A stretch of DNA of 64,000 bases from Callorhinchus milii. Its lineage: Eukaryota. Positions 61,975-64,000 of this stretch are shown here, one piece after another (position 1 is the first letter of the stretch; every line of letters begins with the position of its first letter). The position numbers were made by a program, and so were the translations under genes. Location: positions 112,718,001-112,782,000 of the forward strand of contig NW_024704743.1 of the NCBI RefSeq assembly GCF_018977255.1, in the 5' to 3' direction. The notes beneath the pieces are model-generated. The model made no database searches and was not told the origin of the DNA. It worked only from the letters and a program-made list of their open reading frames with translations.

Positions 61975-63739
61975 AAGGAAGGAAGTGGTGTAACACTCTG
62001 AGACTCTACCCTGTGGGGAGGGTGCTATATAAGTGCAAGTTGTTGTTGTAAGCAGATGAAGAAAATTACAAGATGCTCACTAATGTTAACACAATGATGC
62101 TAAGTAAGATGATTATCGAATCTAACCATGATTACTTAAGAATTACATAAGATTACATAAGAATACATGGTGACTTATCTGTTCCGTCATAATGTGAGTA
62201 TTTAATGTTCAGTAAAATTTTCATGGAGAAACATAAGAGTATAAATCTAAAGCAAACATGAATGGATCACATTTATATAGAGAACTGATGTACTGTACNT
62301 TTTTTGGTCAAATGTTTTTGCAAAACATCTTGTGCCTTTATTTTGATTGTAGGCACATTGTTTTCAAGAAATTCAAGCTATATTGTTTGAGGACTGAATA
62401 AAAACATGTTTTATAAAAGGAATATTTTGTTGTGTTTAGCACACATCAGCAATCTGTTTTCTTTCAAGTATGTTCGCATATATTTATAGAATGAGAAGTT
62501 CCAACCTACAATAATATCGATTTTACTTAGTATGATGCAGCAAATTTTTTTCTCATGATAAATAGCTATTTTGTTTACTCTTGACGTGCATCTGGACTTA
62601 ATATTTTTCTGAGCAACTGTGGAATGTTGTAATTTTTGTATAATAATAATCCTTGTGTTTGACATAGCACCTTATGTCGTTGATACGTCTCAAAGCACTT
62701 CACAGTAAAGTGGATTGACGGTATTTTGTGGGCAGCCAGTGTGCACACATCAATGTCCCACAAACAGCCATTGAGTGAGTCACAAGTTTTATTTGGGAGA
62801 TTTGTTAGCCAGGGCAGAATAAAACTCTTTTTTTGCATCCATTGAAGAAGAAGTGCATTTCAATTTCCATAATTCAAGCGTTTTTGCAGTAAGATTGTTT
62901 GACTTTGGGATACAACTGATTATTTACATTATTTTTTTATAAACCTTTTTACTGCTATTGAATAAGCAACAAACTCTCACCTTAATTAAAGGTAATAGAT
63001 AGGAAATCTATAAACTACATTTTATAGCACAGTGCACAGCACCAGCTCCCTCTTGGGGGAAACTTCTCCTGGGGTCACCACAATGGTTCTGTATTTTTGT
63101 TCAGGCGCAACCGCACGGTGCTCAAAGAATATCCCACAACACTCTCTTTCCCTCCCCTCTCCCCCACACAATTTAATTCTCCTGTAAAGGGATATGGGTT
63201 TGTCCAGCAGAGAGATGTAGACTGATGGGTACCTTAATCATTAGGTGGCATGGTGGTAGAGGGGATGTATAGCTGGAACTGGAGCTGACCATTTACTGTC
63301 CTGAGAGAATGCATGGATGGGATGGGGGCTTGTGGTGTGGAAGAAGGCACTTGACAGTTGAAAAAGGTCTTCATTTTAAGATTTCATCCACTAGCATCAG
63401 TTCTGAAGAAGATCAGGTTTTCATAGAATAGTATGGGGATGAAAAGAGATGTATAACCCTCAACTAAAGAATGCTAGAGAGAGGATAGTGCACTCAGATG
63501 AGTTTGGGGGAGTTGTATGTTTTAATAAGGAGCTAATCTTTTCAGCCTGGCATATTGACCAAAGTTGCTGTTTTCACATTGGTGTGAAAGAGTTGCACTA
63601 GATTTTTGCTGATGATTTGGTTTCTAAAGACCCAGCCAGTATGTAACTGAGGAATACTAGGCAAGAGGAGGTTTGTTTTCTGAGTTAGTTGATCTTAGTT
63701 GGATAGCAGTTAGGGTCCACGGTTTGCCTCATTGCACTA

Positions 63740-63910
63740 TAATCCTTGTATTTAATGTAGCACCTTATCACGGCTTCTAGACGTCTCAAAGCGCTTCACA
63801 GAATATACTGTAAAGTGAATTGAGTGTATGCTTTGTGAGCGAAACGTGGCAGCCAATTGCGCACAGCAGTGTCCCACAAACAGTCACGGACTAAGTGACC
63901 AAATTATTAT
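63740..63910 (-). mobile_element. SINE 3' half
   Basis: Tail and body motifs. Confidence 0.82.
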
Positions 63911-64000
63911 TATAGTACTCGGGAGGGAAATATAGTATACCAAAACTTGTTAGCTAAGTAACTACATGAAGAATGGCCTTTTGGTTAAAGTACCGAAGGA

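Noticed and set aside
51857..62299. Single n bases at 51857 and 62299
   Set aside because: Assembly ambiguities next to poly-T runs, not biology.

Overview
Vertebrate genomic DNA, most likely a cartilaginous fish (chimaera-like, inferred from the tRNA-headed SINE, L2, CR1 and DeuSINE content). The window holds the conserved TMEM70 (minus, 3 coding exons, 248 aa) / ELOC (plus, 3 coding exons, 112 aa) / UBE2W (plus, first two coding exons) block known from human 8q21.11. The main surprise is in the first ~18.4 kb. Short plus-strand segments there translate, in collinear order, into decayed matches to the central and C-terminal parts of GREB1/GREB1L, with many stops, frameshifts and TE insertions. 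This points to an apparent unitary pseudogene of a divergent GREB1-family gene, lying tail-to-tail with TMEM70 where LY96 sits in human. That match was made by eye against a recalled human GREB1 sequence and needs a computed alignment. The TMEM70 and ELOC first exons are each flanked by kb-scale minisatellites that are G-rich on that gene's sense strand. The rest is dense in L2/CR1 LINE fragments (including a four-element nested stack) and L2-tailed SINEs. The long low-complexity ORFs in the ORF track are repeat artefacts.
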